Shown here: piece after piece, positions 35,201-43,348 of the stretch
How the letters are laid out: the number at the start of each line of letters is the position of its first letter
Numbering within the stretch: the stretch's first letter is position 1
Origin: Candidatus Margulisiibacteriota bacterium
GTDB lineage: Bacteria; Margulisbacteria; Termititenacia; Termititenacales; Termititenacaceae
Reading direction: 5' to 3'
Length of the DNA: 43,348 nucleotides
Assembly (NCBI GenBank): GCA_031268855.1
Contig: JAIRWS010000045.1
Coordinates: 1 to 43,348, forward strand
Translations under genes and position numbers: made by a program
Notes under the pieces: model-generated
Database searches by the model: none
Seen by the model: the letters and a program-made list of their open reading frames with translations, nothing else
What the model was told of the DNA's origin: nothing

Positions 35201-38200
35201 AGCTTTACCGAATTTAGCCGAATAGGCTTCGCTGACTATCCGGCCAAATTCTTCCGCCGAAGCAGGCATTTTATCCAGCGGCAAATCCAGACGAGTTAAA
35301 TCGCGCAGTTCGGATTGAAGATAGCTTTCTCTGGTAACTGTGGAGCTTTGTTCATAAATTCCTTTGCTCAACATTTCACGGATATCCTGCAAGCCCCTGT
35401 CCGCCGTAAAAGAATTATTTAACATACTAGCCATTCTGCGGACGATTTCTTGTCGTTCAATAACCTGCCGTGTCATTTCATCAGGCTGTATATTATTGAT
35501 TCCACTTTGATTGATATGGCTCATTGCTGCTCTGGCGATTGAAGACACCAAGCCAAGCTCTGTTCTGCTCCAAAGATGCTGCAAAGCCGCGACTTCGTCC
35601 GCAGTTAAACGTTGTCCGTCCGGCACAGACGGCGCGCTCATCTTGGCCAGCTCAGTTTGGAATTTCTCTACAAACTCATATTTTGCATCATTCGGCGCGG
35701 CGCCATCCATAAAAAGGTCGCTGATTTTTTCCCATTGCATATTTCCGCCGGTGTATGTCTTTATGGTGTCACGCAGAGCCGTAGAATCAACTTCTGCCGT
35801 ATAGCGGTCTCCATTGCGCGGCTTCGGCAACACGTCAGGCGAAATACCAACTCTTTTATAAAGGTCATCTGTAATACTCGACAAAACATAAACGCTGCCT
35901 CCGGCTGAAGCGCGGTCTACACGGTTCAAAGCTTGAATATAATCCGCCAATCCGCCAGCCGGTTTTTCATACATAATCATATCAAAGGCTTTTATCTCAA
36001 AAGTTTCCGTCTTACTTAGATCTCTCTGTCCAAACTCTTGAGCGTTTAGTTTTGACAATCCTTCTTGTTCGGCGCCGTCTCTTACCATTTCCAGACCGGC
36101 CAGCGATTCGGCCAGTTTTAGCTTGGCCTCCGCATCTTTAGTTTTATTATATTCACTCCGCGTATCAGCTATTAGCTTGTTTATGGTTTCTACGAGTGTC
36201 AGCGTTGAATTTCTGGGATTAGCCAGCACATCCTTTACTAATTGCGCCGCTTCGTTATAACTTTTGGCCGGAGACCAATCCACGCCTCTGCCGCCTAGAT
36301 TGGTCATCAACACAATCGCGCCCGCTTGTCTGGTCTTTCTAACTATAGCGCGCAGGGTTTTTGGATCTGCATCATGATCATATATGTATATTCCGTTCTT
36401 CTCTAATGTTTCTAGACCTTTCTGACTTATTTCTTCTATTCCTTTTTTATTTTTGGTTATTGCCTCCGGGCAAATCATTCTGACAATTTCAATTATTTTT
36501 TTCGGATCGGGACAATATACACCCATTGAATTAGCGTTAGTTGCCGTTCTATAAGTATTAATTAGTCTCTGAAATTCTGCATCTCTAGCCTCTCTTGTGG
36601 CAAAAACTTCATCATAAACATCCATTCGCGCTTCGGCGATTTTATTTACAGCCACTACATTTTTGTTATAAGGATCGTATGATGCGCCCGTTATTGACGC
36701 CGTGCCGGAAGCTCCAGCAAAATTTCCGTTAGAACTAATATAACGCAGCATAGTACTGACCAGCATAGAATCAGAATCCGACCGTGACACCACAAACAAA
36801 CCAGCTTTATCAATTAAGTTCGGGTGTCCATCTGGGGCCAGTTCTCTGGCTTCCAGCGCGCCCTGTAGTCCGCCGAAAAATTCAAAACCCCACTCGCGGT
36901 TGTACCGGCTGCCGAAATTTGCTTCATCGGTATACTTGCTCAATAATACTATGCCAGTCTGGCGGGTCTGTTGGTCAACATCAACTTTATAATCTGTGCC
37001 GTAACGCATATCATTGCGCACGCGCAAACTATGCACCAGCTGGGTTTCCACCAGAAAACGAAATTCCTCCATAGATAAAGCTGTTATGCCTTTTTTAGCG
37101 TTATATTTACCCAGCACTTTAGTGTCCAGCTCATTAGCCTTAATAAGCTCCGGCAAACGATTAGTAACAAAATCCGCCCATTTAGTAGCGTCCTCGACTT
37201 CCAAACGTCCGGCTAAATTAAGTTTTAGACCGCACTCGTTTAATTTTAAACCCTGCACAATCTTATCAATAGTAGTGCAGAAAAGGGCTTGCAAGGCAGA
37301 CGGTTTGCCGGAAATTTGCGATATTTTGTAAGGAGTCATCGCTTGTTTGGCGGTCAACACATCTATCTCATCGACAGAGAAGAACAATTTACTCATATCG
37401 CCAAAAACAGTTTTTAGTCCCATCAGTTCCGCGCTGCGGTCGGACAGCAGTTGAAAACCCAGAGAACGGTTTGACATATAGACAAAATCGCTTTTGGCAA
37501 AGGCATCCGCAGCATTGGCGGCGTTTCTATTGTCAAAATTAAAATGCTGAACCTTTACATCATAGCCAAGCATAACCTTAAAATAACCGCCGTGCTTCAG
37601 CACATCAGCTCTGCCATCTGACGCTAAAATCTCGCTGGATGTAACGATAATTGCTTTCTGGCCGGAGAAAATTTTTAACATGCCAGCCATCTGCAAAATA
37701 ATTGTCTTGCCTTCGCCGCAGGGAGCGTCCAAAATCTTGCCGTTGTTGATAACCAGCATACCAAGCGTCTGCATATTATTGACCCTGAATCCTATTTCAG
37801 ATCCCACTAAAATACCTGCTGGGTTTTTACCGGGACCGGCTTTATACATAATGTAATCGTCTAACGTGCGGGAAGGATTTTTGGCAAAAAACTCGTCCAT
37901 GTCGCTTATATCTACTTTAAATCTACTCCGCAGATCCACCGTGCCGTTCCTGTTTTTACTCCATTCAGCATTTAGATCAGAACGCCAGTAAGCCTCTCTA
38001 GACAACGCGATAAATTCCGCAATGCGCACCTGATCAGCAGGGTCATTAAAATCCGGAGGCCTCCGGCCGATCTCTGTTCTAATTCGCTCTACTGCGTCTA
38101 ATAACTCGCCGTTATTCATTTTGGCAAAACCAGGAACGACTCTTTCCTGCGTAACACCATTTATCTCATAAGTAATTCGCCCGCCCAGTTCATATACACC

Positions 38201-41200
38201 CACATTTCTGTTGGTTTGCGCATATTCTGACTTCTCTAATTGATAACGGTTTAGATTGGATTGAAAAGTTTCCATAACATTGAAAGTGCTAAGCGCGTCC
38301 CCTGAAAAATCCAGAACGCGCGTAGAATTTGTCTGCTGAAATTCCAAATTGGCCGGACGCAAGTAAGTTTCTATGGCCTGCCCTTTTATCACTTCAAAAA
38401 TTTCTTGCAGCTCTTTAGGAAAACCCTGCAAAACTCCAGAATCGTTCATCGACACCACATAATGCTTCCCGCCAAAATCAAAATGTAACCCTGGTTTTGT
38501 TGCCGCCGACGCGCCACCGTGAATGATCTTAACGTCGCTGGCTCCCTTGTTCTTTAAATTTGTAACAAAAGCCATCGTTGTGGTCGGAGCGGATTCAGTC
38601 AAAGCTCTAATATAGGAATCTGTTACCGCTCTCTGCAAATCAATCTGTGGGTCAGTTTTAATCTGTTTATCCAACCCATCAAAGAAAAGCCTGGCTCTTA
38701 TCGGATTAGTGTCGCCGCCCAAATCGTTATACACTTTTTGCCAATCATATTTGGCTTCTGTCAGGGCAGCGCGCGCCTGTTCTGGTGGCTCATAAACCGC
38801 TGGCTGCTTTGGAAAAAAATTCTCCACTCTTGCAGCAGCTTCATTAACAACTGTCTGCGCGCGCATAGTGTCATTGGTTTGAACAGCCTCGATAAAATCT
38901 CGTCCCATAACCAGGTTTAAAGCCGAAGTATCTGCATTGGGCAAACCAGAGGAGGCCCGCCATTCAAATATCGTCCGTCCCAGAGAAGGATCTATTTCTA
39001 TCGAGGATAATAAAGCTGTGCGGCCATTTTCTTCCACCTGCCAGAGACCGCCTTCGACTTTTTTGAAACGCGCGTCGCCTGAATTTTCCAGATACGCCGG
39101 TAGCATCTCGCCGAATAATTGCAGTGTGACTTCGTTTCCTGCCAGACGGTAAGCGTCAGTATTCCGGAGGAGCTCTGCCGCGGTGCTTTTTTCCGCGTCA
39201 TCAAGATTGGTTTCTGCATATTGATATAGGTCATTTAATGTCTTGATCTGTTCCAAGCCCAGACGGCTGCTATAATTATCTCCCAAACGGTTTTTCACGC
39301 CGCTTATTACATCCCTTATATTCACTTCTATATTGGTATAAAATTTTCCAGTGGCTGGATTTTGCGAAAAAGACACCCGTCCAGGCGTTTCCAGCACAGG
39401 CAGACTTTGATAACGCCCGCGCGGGTTAACTACAGCTGCATTGACTGTCTTATTAGACAAACGAAATGGCACATAGAAAGCAGCTAAAAAATTCCTGCCG
39501 ATTGCATGAAGTCCATATTTCACAACACTCAGTTTATATTTCCAGTTGGGAATGCTGGAGCCGTCCGGTGCCAATGTAGAGGGCATAGGGATTGGATTTT
39601 TAGACTCTACCGTATAAGACCTTCTAAAAAGTCTGCCGATAAGCGGTATTTGCGCAAGCAAGCGATGCTGCGGGCGAAGCTGCGTATAGGCTCCGTCCGT
39701 AAAGGCTTCAGTATTGCCATTGAGGCTATTCACAATTTCCCGTGAGGCGGCGGCCAGTCCTTCCGGCGTTTTTAACCAATTTCGGCGTTCTCTATTAGCA
39801 AAAATCCCATAGTTATTTCTTGTTTTGACCAATAGATACTCTAAATCAACATTGCCGTACAAACCTTTTAGATAATTACCAATGATGGTTTTAGCCGCTC
39901 CCATGCTTCTGGCTTCCACTTCAATATCGCGGCCGTCAACCATAAAAACAAATTTGCTGTTTTTGCCAACTACCGGAAGCGATTTTAGAACTATAGCACT
40001 GCGCTGAATGGAACTAGCCGTTATTTTTGTAAGCATATTTATATAAAAAACCGCGAATACATAATTGGAAATCGCGTCGGCAAGACCAGCTCCAATTGCT
40101 CCATTCTGAAACTCTTGCCTCGTCTCCATTGTCATCATGACAAACATATCGGGCGCATTCCAGGGCAAAAGCATACTCAAGGTATTCATAATTGTATTGA
40201 ACGCTTCCTCGCGCTTAGCCGGATCTCCTGATTGCAGTATCTCCAAAGCCGATTTCAAAATGCCAGCCATTGCGGCAAAAGGTGATGCTAAATTTGACAA
40301 TGACGTTAATCCGAAATCTTTAAGATGATTCCTATCATTTTGAACTAATTTAACTTTCTGCGCCGACTGATCAGAAATATATTCATGTACTTCCAGATTT
40401 GAAACGCCAAGCTCGTCAGCTAGATAAATACCAGGAGTCCGAGAAGCATCTGCGCGTTTTGCCAAATAATTTATATACTCCGCATATTCTTCATCGCCGG
40501 CCGTGCCGGCGGCTATAGCAAACATTGTATCGGCTGACTGCACTGGATAAAATTCGGTGAAAAAACTTTCCAGCCATTTAGCTTGAGCGTTTTGTTTTAT
40601 CCAAGCATCCTCATCTTGTATAAGTTGTTCTTTTTCCCCATCATATCGTCCCTCGAAATCAATTTGAGCGGCATTCCACGCTTTAGCTCGCGTCTCATGT
40701 GCCTCTCCTTCTTTTATATAGTGTGCGCTTTCCTCTCTATACCTGTCTCTGTCCAGTAATAATTTTCGTATCATCTCAAAAAACTCTTCACAAGCAAAAC
40801 CATAAGATTCTTTAGCCTCTAATTCAGCATCACTTACAAATTTGTCATCTAGAGAAATTTTCTCGTCATCTATAATAATGTCATCCAGAATTCGATATCC
40901 TCCGCGTTCTTTATCATAGATAAAAAAATTATAAAAATCGGCCAACGCTTTAGCCCCATCGGCAATGCCATACCTATCCTCAATATCAGCCACAACATCC
41001 GGGCTTTGTTCCCTTATCTGCGCCGTGAGCATATTGTAATAATAGTCATAACTGTCCGTTCCAATTGGTGGTAAAACTTTTATTGGTTCGGGCACTTCCA
41101 ATGTAAAAGGTTCTGGCTTATCATTTATATGGGCTTGGTACTCTTCGCTATTGACTAAATCAGTTGGCGTAGCTTCTCCTGTGTAAACAAAATCAGTCGG

Positions 41201-43342
41201 TATTCCCATGTTTTCCAACAGGAGCTTAATAGTAAGCGCATATTTAGTTAGTCCGCCTGGATTATTGACATCCTTAATATTATTGGCTGTTATAAAAAGT
41301 CCCAATGCTATCTGCGCATTCTGGCTGCCGGGATTATAAAGAGCCTCGTTTTCGGCGGCCGTACGCAGAACGTACAATTGTTTATAAAAGTCCAGATCAA
41401 ATCCTGGCACTCCGCGCATTCTGGCTTCCACAGAGGCGACATCCATGTTAAATTGCCTTTCGTTTCCGGGCGCATTTTCCTCTGTATCTATCAGCAATAT
41501 GCCTTCCGAGAATCTAATCATTCCCATCTCGACAATAGCTGTTTGGTCGTCTTCAACTTTAATACTTACCGATGTCCATTCCTTCCAGGCTATTTGTTTC
41601 AAAACCTGTTTTTGTTCATCAGTAAGTTTTCCGTTGTCCCAAATATCCGAACCCAAATCAGCGGGTTCCGGCAAATGGTAATTGCTCTGCACAGCAAGAA
41701 CATCCATTTTCAAATTATCGTCAGCTAATTCACCTTTTGTCGCCAGATATTCACACAAATAGGCTTTGAATAAAGTCAGCGGGCGCGGATCTGTGGTCTT
41801 GCCCAAATGACCGGTCGAAAAATCTGTTCCGGCAAAGTATTTATCATATACAAATTGAGTTAAGGCGTATAAATACCCTCTGGTTTTTTTTAATTGAGAG
41901 TACTTTTCATTCTCAAATAATTCCCGATCCTCCGTCGAAAAAGCTTTCTCTAACGCTGTGTAATCAAAAACAGGCTTGGCCGTATTACCGACTGTTTTAA
42001 AATCATTCCAGAATTTACTATCCTGCGGTTCGCCTAATATTGCTTGAAAAAACAATCCGTCTATTTTGGGTTCATAGACAGTACTCCTAGCTGTTTCAGA
42101 TAAAGCACTGACTGTATTTTCAGTTTGCCGCAAACCTGGAATATTCGGGAGATCAGCCGACGAGGAATGTAGTGTGGAATATTTTAATCCGAGAAGTCTG
42201 AACTCTGAATTATTTATCATACTTAGATTGCGCAGATAAACCCATTGCCTTACAACAATCTCCTGTTTCCGCAGAACATCCATTGCTTCAACTATTTCCT
42301 GCGGATATGAACCGTCTGCCGCAGGATAAATATTAAAACCATTGGTGTGATAATTTTGTCCTGGTTCGCTTTTTAAGTAATTACTGGCCGCTTCCAATTT
42401 TGCCCGCTCTTCAGCAGAAAATGTATTTGCGTAAGCTGCGCCATTTAATAAAGTGTCCAAAAATACTGTGGAGATGGAATCATTGCCTATTTCTGTCAGC
42501 ACTACCGTTTTAGCCTCTTCACTCGTCGCATTGCGGTATACTTCCGCCAAAATTAAACCTTTGAGATAAACCAACGGATATTTTTGATAAAGTTCAGGCG
42601 GAGCAACTACCATTTCAGACAAAACACTCATAGTTGCTTCATGGCTGTAACCAACATCCAGCACTTTTCCTTGAGAACTTCTTATTATTGCTGGATTTTG
42701 CCTCGTTACTACAATCATCCCTTCCGGCAGCTCCGCTAAACTTTCCACAAAAGCCCGAACAACTTCCGGCGTAACCTGCGCGTAAACAAACGCTTCTTTG
42801 ATATAATCACTGTTGCTAACAAAAGCTTCAGCAAAATCCCGCAGCAGCCGGATAGTGCTAATATCCCTGTCTCCGGCTAAAAACCTTACAGCGGCTTTAT
42901 CTTCAGCGCCGACAGCATCGCTCGGACGGCTGGCTCCCTGATTGTGGCTGGTTTCCATTGCTTCCGCCATACCCAAAATATACTTCTGCACGTTGGACAG
43001 ACTTTCATTAAGTAGAGCAAAAATCTCGTCATTGATTTTATCCAAACCGACGTTTTGAATATTTTTACCGTTGGCGGTTAATAATTCCTGCGCAAACCAA
43101 ACAAGCTCCGCATTATGAAAATCATTTTTCTGCAATAAAGCTCTTACTAAAATTGCGTTTTCCAAGGGACTAATTTCTTGACCATTATTAAGTTTGGCAA
43201 CAATTTGCGCTTGCACAACAGAGCCGGATAACAACGTATTTAAAACTCGTTCATATCTGGGCTTTTCTGCGGCAGAGATTTTGCCGTCATTAGCAAATCC
43301 ATTTATAGTTAAATCATACCGCGGCACCCTCAAATCTGACAT
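29207..43342 (-). CDS. giant multidomain protein (at least 4711 aa) with an internal SecA-like ATPase motor, a hydrophobic segment cluster and a C-terminal LysM domain
   Basis: Uninterrupted 14.1-kb ORF. The 6 nt between the ATG at 43342 and the window edge contain no stop, so the N-terminus may lie outside the window. SecA-like motifs occur at aa ~1840-2499, and LysM at aa 4664-4707 (YTVVSGDNLSRIGQKFGLRWQDIARLNNISEPYIIHPGQALKLP). Confidence 0.9.
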   Translation of the reverse strand: MSDLRVPRYDLTINGFANDGKISAAEKPRYERVLNTLLSGSVVQAQIVAKLNNGQEISPLENAILVRALLQKNDFHNAELVWFAQELLTANGKNIQNVGLDKINDEIFALLNESLSNVQKYILGMAEAMETSHNQGASRPSDAVGAEDKAAVRFLAGDRDISTIRLLRDFAEAFVSNSDYIKEAFVYAQVTPEVVRAFVESLAELPEGMIVVTRQNPAIIRSSQGKVLDVGYSHEATMSVLSEMVVAPPELYQKYPLVYLKGLILAEVYRNATSEEAKTVVLTEIGNDSISTVFLDTLLNGAAYANTFSAEERAKLEAASNYLKSEPGQNYHTNGFNIYPAADGSYPQEIVEAMDVLRKQEIVVRQWVYLRNLSMINNSEFRLLGLKYSTLHSSSADLPNIPGLRQTENTVSALSETARSTVYEPKIDGLFFQAILGEPQDSKFWNDFKTVGNTAKPVFDYTALEKAFSTEDRELFENEKYSQLKKTRGYLYALTQFVYDKYFAGTDFSTGHLGKTTDPRPLTLFKAYLCEYLATKGELADDNLKMDVLAVQSNYHLPEPADLGSDIWDNGKLTDEQKQVLKQIAWKEWTSVSIKVEDDQTAIVEMGMIRFSEGILLIDTEENAPGNERQFNMDVASVEARMRGVPGFDLDFYKQLYVLRTAAENEALYNPGSQNAQIALGLFITANNIKDVNNPGGLTKYALTIKLLLENMGIPTDFVYTGEATPTDLVNSEEYQAHINDKPEPFTLEVPEPIKVLPPIGTDSYDYYYNMLTAQIREQSPDVVADIEDRYGIADGAKALADFYNFFIYDKERGGYRILDDIIIDDEKISLDDKFVSDAELEAKESYGFACEEFFEMIRKLLLDRDRYREESAHYIKEGEAHETRAKAWNAAQIDFEGRYDGEKEQLIQDEDAWIKQNAQAKWLESFFTEFYPVQSADTMFAIAAGTAGDEEYAEYINYLAKRADASRTPGIYLADELGVSNLEVHEYISDQSAQKVKLVQNDRNHLKDFGLTSLSNLASPFAAMAGILKSALEILQSGDPAKREEAFNTIMNTLSMLLPWNAPDMFVMMTMETRQEFQNGAIGAGLADAISNYVFAVFYINMLTKITASSIQRSAIVLKSLPVVGKNSKFVFMVDGRDIEVEARSMGAAKTIIGNYLKGLYGNVDLEYLLVKTRNNYGIFANRERRNWLKTPEGLAAASREIVNSLNGNTEAFTDGAYTQLRPQHRLLAQIPLIGRLFRRSYTVESKNPIPMPSTLAPDGSSIPNWKYKLSVVKYGLHAIGRNFLAAFYVPFRLSNKTVNAAVVNPRGRYQSLPVLETPGRVSFSQNPATGKFYTNIEVNIRDVISGVKNRLGDNYSSRLGLEQIKTLNDLYQYAETNLDDAEKSTAAELLRNTDAYRLAGNEVTLQLFGEMLPAYLENSGDARFKKVEGGLWQVEENGRTALLSSIEIDPSLGRTIFEWRASSGLPNADTSALNLVMGRDFIEAVQTNDTMRAQTVVNEAAARVENFFPKQPAVYEPPEQARAALTEAKYDWQKVYNDLGGDTNPIRARLFFDGLDKQIKTDPQIDLQRAVTDSYIRALTESAPTTTMAFVTNLKNKGASDVKIIHGGASAATKPGLHFDFGGKHYVVSMNDSGVLQGFPKELQEIFEVIKGQAIETYLRPANLEFQQTNSTRVLDFSGDALSTFNVMETFQSNLNRYQLEKSEYAQTNRNVGVYELGGRITYEINGVTQERVVPGFAKMNNGELLDAVERIRTEIGRRPPDFNDPADQVRIAEFIALSREAYWRSDLNAEWSKNRNGTVDLRSRFKVDISDMDEFFAKNPSRTLDDYIMYKAGPGKNPAGILVGSEIGFRVNNMQTLGMLVINNGKILDAPCGEGKTIILQMAGMLKIFSGQKAIIVTSSEILASDGRADVLKHGGYFKVMLGYDVKVQHFNFDNRNAANAADAFAKSDFVYMSNRSLGFQLLSDRSAELMGLKTVFGDMSKLFFSVDEIDVLTAKQAMTPYKISQISGKPSALQALFCTTIDKIVQGLKLNECGLKLNLAGRLEVEDATKWADFVTNRLPELIKANELDTKVLGKYNAKKGITALSMEEFRFLVETQLVHSLRVRNDMRYGTDYKVDVDQQTRQTGIVLLSKYTDEANFGSRYNREWGFEFFGGLQGALEARELAPDGHPNLIDKAGLFVVSRSDSDSMLVSTMLRYISSNGNFAGASGTASITGASYDPYNKNVVAVNKIAEARMDVYDEVFATREARDAEFQRLINTYRTATNANSMGVYCPDPKKIIEIVRMICPEAITKNKKGIEEISQKGLETLEKNGIYIYDHDADPKTLRAIVRKTRQAGAIVLMTNLGGRGVDWSPAKSYNEAAQLVKDVLANPRNSTLTLVETINKLIADTRSEYNKTKDAEAKLKLAESLAGLEMVRDGAEQEGLSKLNAQEFGQRDLSKTETFEIKAFDMIMYEKPAGGLADYIQALNRVDRASAGGSVYVLSSITDDLYKRVGISPDVLPKPRNGDRYTAEVDSTALRDTIKTYTGGNMQWEKISDLFMDGAAPNDAKYEFVEKFQTELAKMSAPSVPDGQRLTADEVAALQHLWSRTELGLVSSIARAAMSHINQSGINNIQPDEMTRQVIERQEIVRRMASMLNNSFTADRGLQDIREMLSKGIYEQSSTVTRESYLQSELRDLTRLDLPLDKMPASAEEFGRIVSEAYSAKFGKAIPAEMLARAKNIFNESVNPREAFLRMETARLLDLKLGAEKIPVSYNEYINFVNSKYFDAHGYIVPREGLDHLGTLGVTGANVRAYIAALEEAGDNYLKLRQERGTSRIAGDESGAEQDARSLSALDLYLRNCQEILNAFYHNLIGNKEAGALGVRRGQRTTKYNFDGNLTVHGRQDNPIPAGMRRLGDRVASRQYRDVFVLSTADGRELRFSSEEEAWRAYNNVDTADVNRNAASNPADVPPARNSQLDGIARKNPNTELPVILIYDKNKQLERVIEPEASKVLKLGEIDFPQGRTMADLYTTLRAAQAAEHPAEAVKTTIIGFYGERVDALFRNLSDAAIKDLQALEWKDSCVALPAFKNIADAIGGRLAHIHPGGESASEVDITNGRMDVLYRAADGWKLITLETNYAKSNDPSDFLLAGRTAIDVVGPLNVEIRPDTAEILRVEVPGQRTAGVNPEIEDVTNQIRNLIRDVNASDAETLRSLNQAVLSPAMALLLERITLLENNKPAETAGQAVKDKYASDLQAAKDEYERLHREIAERHLDRLSPDLRGKLGQFYSKAVGRIDAAQGAFILGLALSAFNTFIRPNGEWAGNSSLEEGEFERRVANWLIGIPDNTGFGVMCSIRDDLATDISLSVVNHLLGGNAIVKPAELGALLFRDKESGKLKILKESLGKNAKGYASYLAVAFPALFLGGYFMEGPLKAINNPECLARAASTDPYEQMKFQAELSLACMSEGLANLAFEIPGMIMSAIIPSPLSKGVMKLVSLLRSFAGVGAVMGLGYVMDKVYFEPNRNKAFKDIDEERTRNQELGIAPPPALTLEEVNRNFDSLNFKTTVTRNAMHTASGVVLIRSLTYTVPKLLGYTGKVLPVAGQIMMGLQVGNWLASSAEAAFAPRTLEKDMQANIYASLDRSMTMRRFFDIKYSKGVRPMQFEVARWFEDMGFLADIRETLCAMVPNIQRQEIVEGFVVRSWTDKETFDAMWEDFIAALRSGDINAQRNFYNTVPIISDTVNLVGTLTMFGQDGDNAVVTTGTEGVQSKAKFFEFVMSNAMRLFGAKYPQLAVGSAGFLTDTVAGSSESVRPFASLTKNEYRYFLTNIIPGIGRDYARSAWLKLVPHGRTEAPSDAAFIRNMAKYGVTVDANTLRCARVQIPHTLDPLNSTNQKPTMKDLLRTEQPVGLFAANNELFNSFMTWAILERSQSPTINSRSYANDAILAEIRKQTDEKLRANPPLSQRELADFFGNILVGRLPVGFLGTNVSYGLDVLGLDPNQRLQEFFDFRLSQSGTFSVATDTQAMAELGDNWSLSRAGSDNAALFMESTLIALECIDGNTSRRDAWTAFANSALPTPPPEIAADRNELAKFNDEETKRRTEAKKMLEIISALIIHWSGANKAAQRENIRKYLNGEIGFAARLSGGVNMSTEYFIDNTILNRAMINDINRIGTLRSYSVRCMVSPEQAGMKAVNYIEQLFLRGFSVPEEQRAEIINVFLYTNGLNIDSVLQSNQPVYIPLDMLPPRILNQAAIEVKQADTPAQAAARAKEPLNGSVIPAEQSAVLSRSAKFNTTKDLLNNIYSDSDYLLSVMGFANDAGEQQNKELIRSAFQFLRNQTPIASRFTLEETSFNPGQADLNNYNKIRSQMIALRLIPENAEAAEVINVLLDYQYFQKNYAAMHTNETIDMLKGLGYTDLGQPPDITKVYLAYKDLVSAINTVCGTAAVDTLQLVGILRQIQQFDLVSANKADIVRTIIGTSFSGQLAECVVMLAEGKKPSRNNLQFNRLTIAQRNENRFPYHEEDFDAFLVLNNIATVNEIMAHRDDYGLSISWLLQKTDSLSAEAVQELAGSLYAVYVDNPAYRWKIESLVIRSPLLMQTLLLTMGEPARQFVQTCVSSRMRFVDPNKRHLEQTVAGLRNSGKEEQSACADYLQTLLDNLLLYVDGVRTVVSIERPETYTVVSGDNLSRIGQKFGLRWQDIARLNNISEPYIIHPGQALKLPAGQS

Positions 43343-43348
43343 AAAAAT

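Noticed and set aside
29207-43342. Giant ORF as a repetitive adhesin/RTX/Rhs-type protein or as an assembly artefact of collapsed repeats
   Set aside because: I could not see internal tandem repeats, Ig/cadherin-like periodicity, GGxGxD nonapeptides or YD repeats. The sequence is non-repetitive throughout, and a collinear SecA-like module argues for a genuine multidomain protein.

Overview
This 43.3-kb window appears to come from an uncultivated diderm bacterium, judged from a beta-barrel OMP, an AMIN-amidase, lspA and sigma-54 components. By eye and by spot GC counts it falls into three compositional blocks.

(1) 1-3.2 kb is AT-richer accessory DNA around a tRNA-Asn(GTT) gene. It holds a 5'-partial tail-collar/tail-fibre-like ORF, a 5'-truncated PIN/VapC remnant, unusual tandem duplications of both ends of the tRNA, and a DUF1016/YhcG-type nuclease gene bracketed by copies of the tRNA 3' end.

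(2) About 3.2-24.2 kb is GC-richer core DNA.
- Plus strand: a sigma-70-family factor, a WecA/MraY-family transferase with no canonical start codon for its conserved N-terminus, murA, a 7TM-HD phosphohydrolase, ybeY, dgkA, a CNNM/CBS protein, and a GAPDH homologue whose catalytic Cys is replaced by Pro.
- Minus strand: an operon of five signal-peptide proteins, a beta-barrel OMP and an AMIN-amidase, followed by two type IV pilin-like genes with a prepilin peptidase, serA, a class-V aminotransferase, lspA, pgk and two NlpE-N-like proteins.
- A sigma-54 activator lacking a DNA-binding domain lies divergent to the secreted-protein operon.

(3) About 25.0-43.3 kb is an AT-richer island with a four-gene minus-strand cluster:
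- an ORF of at least 4711 aa, still open at the window edge, with a complete SecA-like ATPase motor in its middle, a hydrophobic segment cluster and a C-terminal LysM;
- a 181-aa protein;
- a 779-aa HExxH (gluzincin-like) protein;
- a 352-aa protein.

I consider this cluster the best candidate for an undescribed system. I recognised no rRNA, CRISPR array, integrase or transposase. All domain calls come from reading motifs in the translations; no database search was run.
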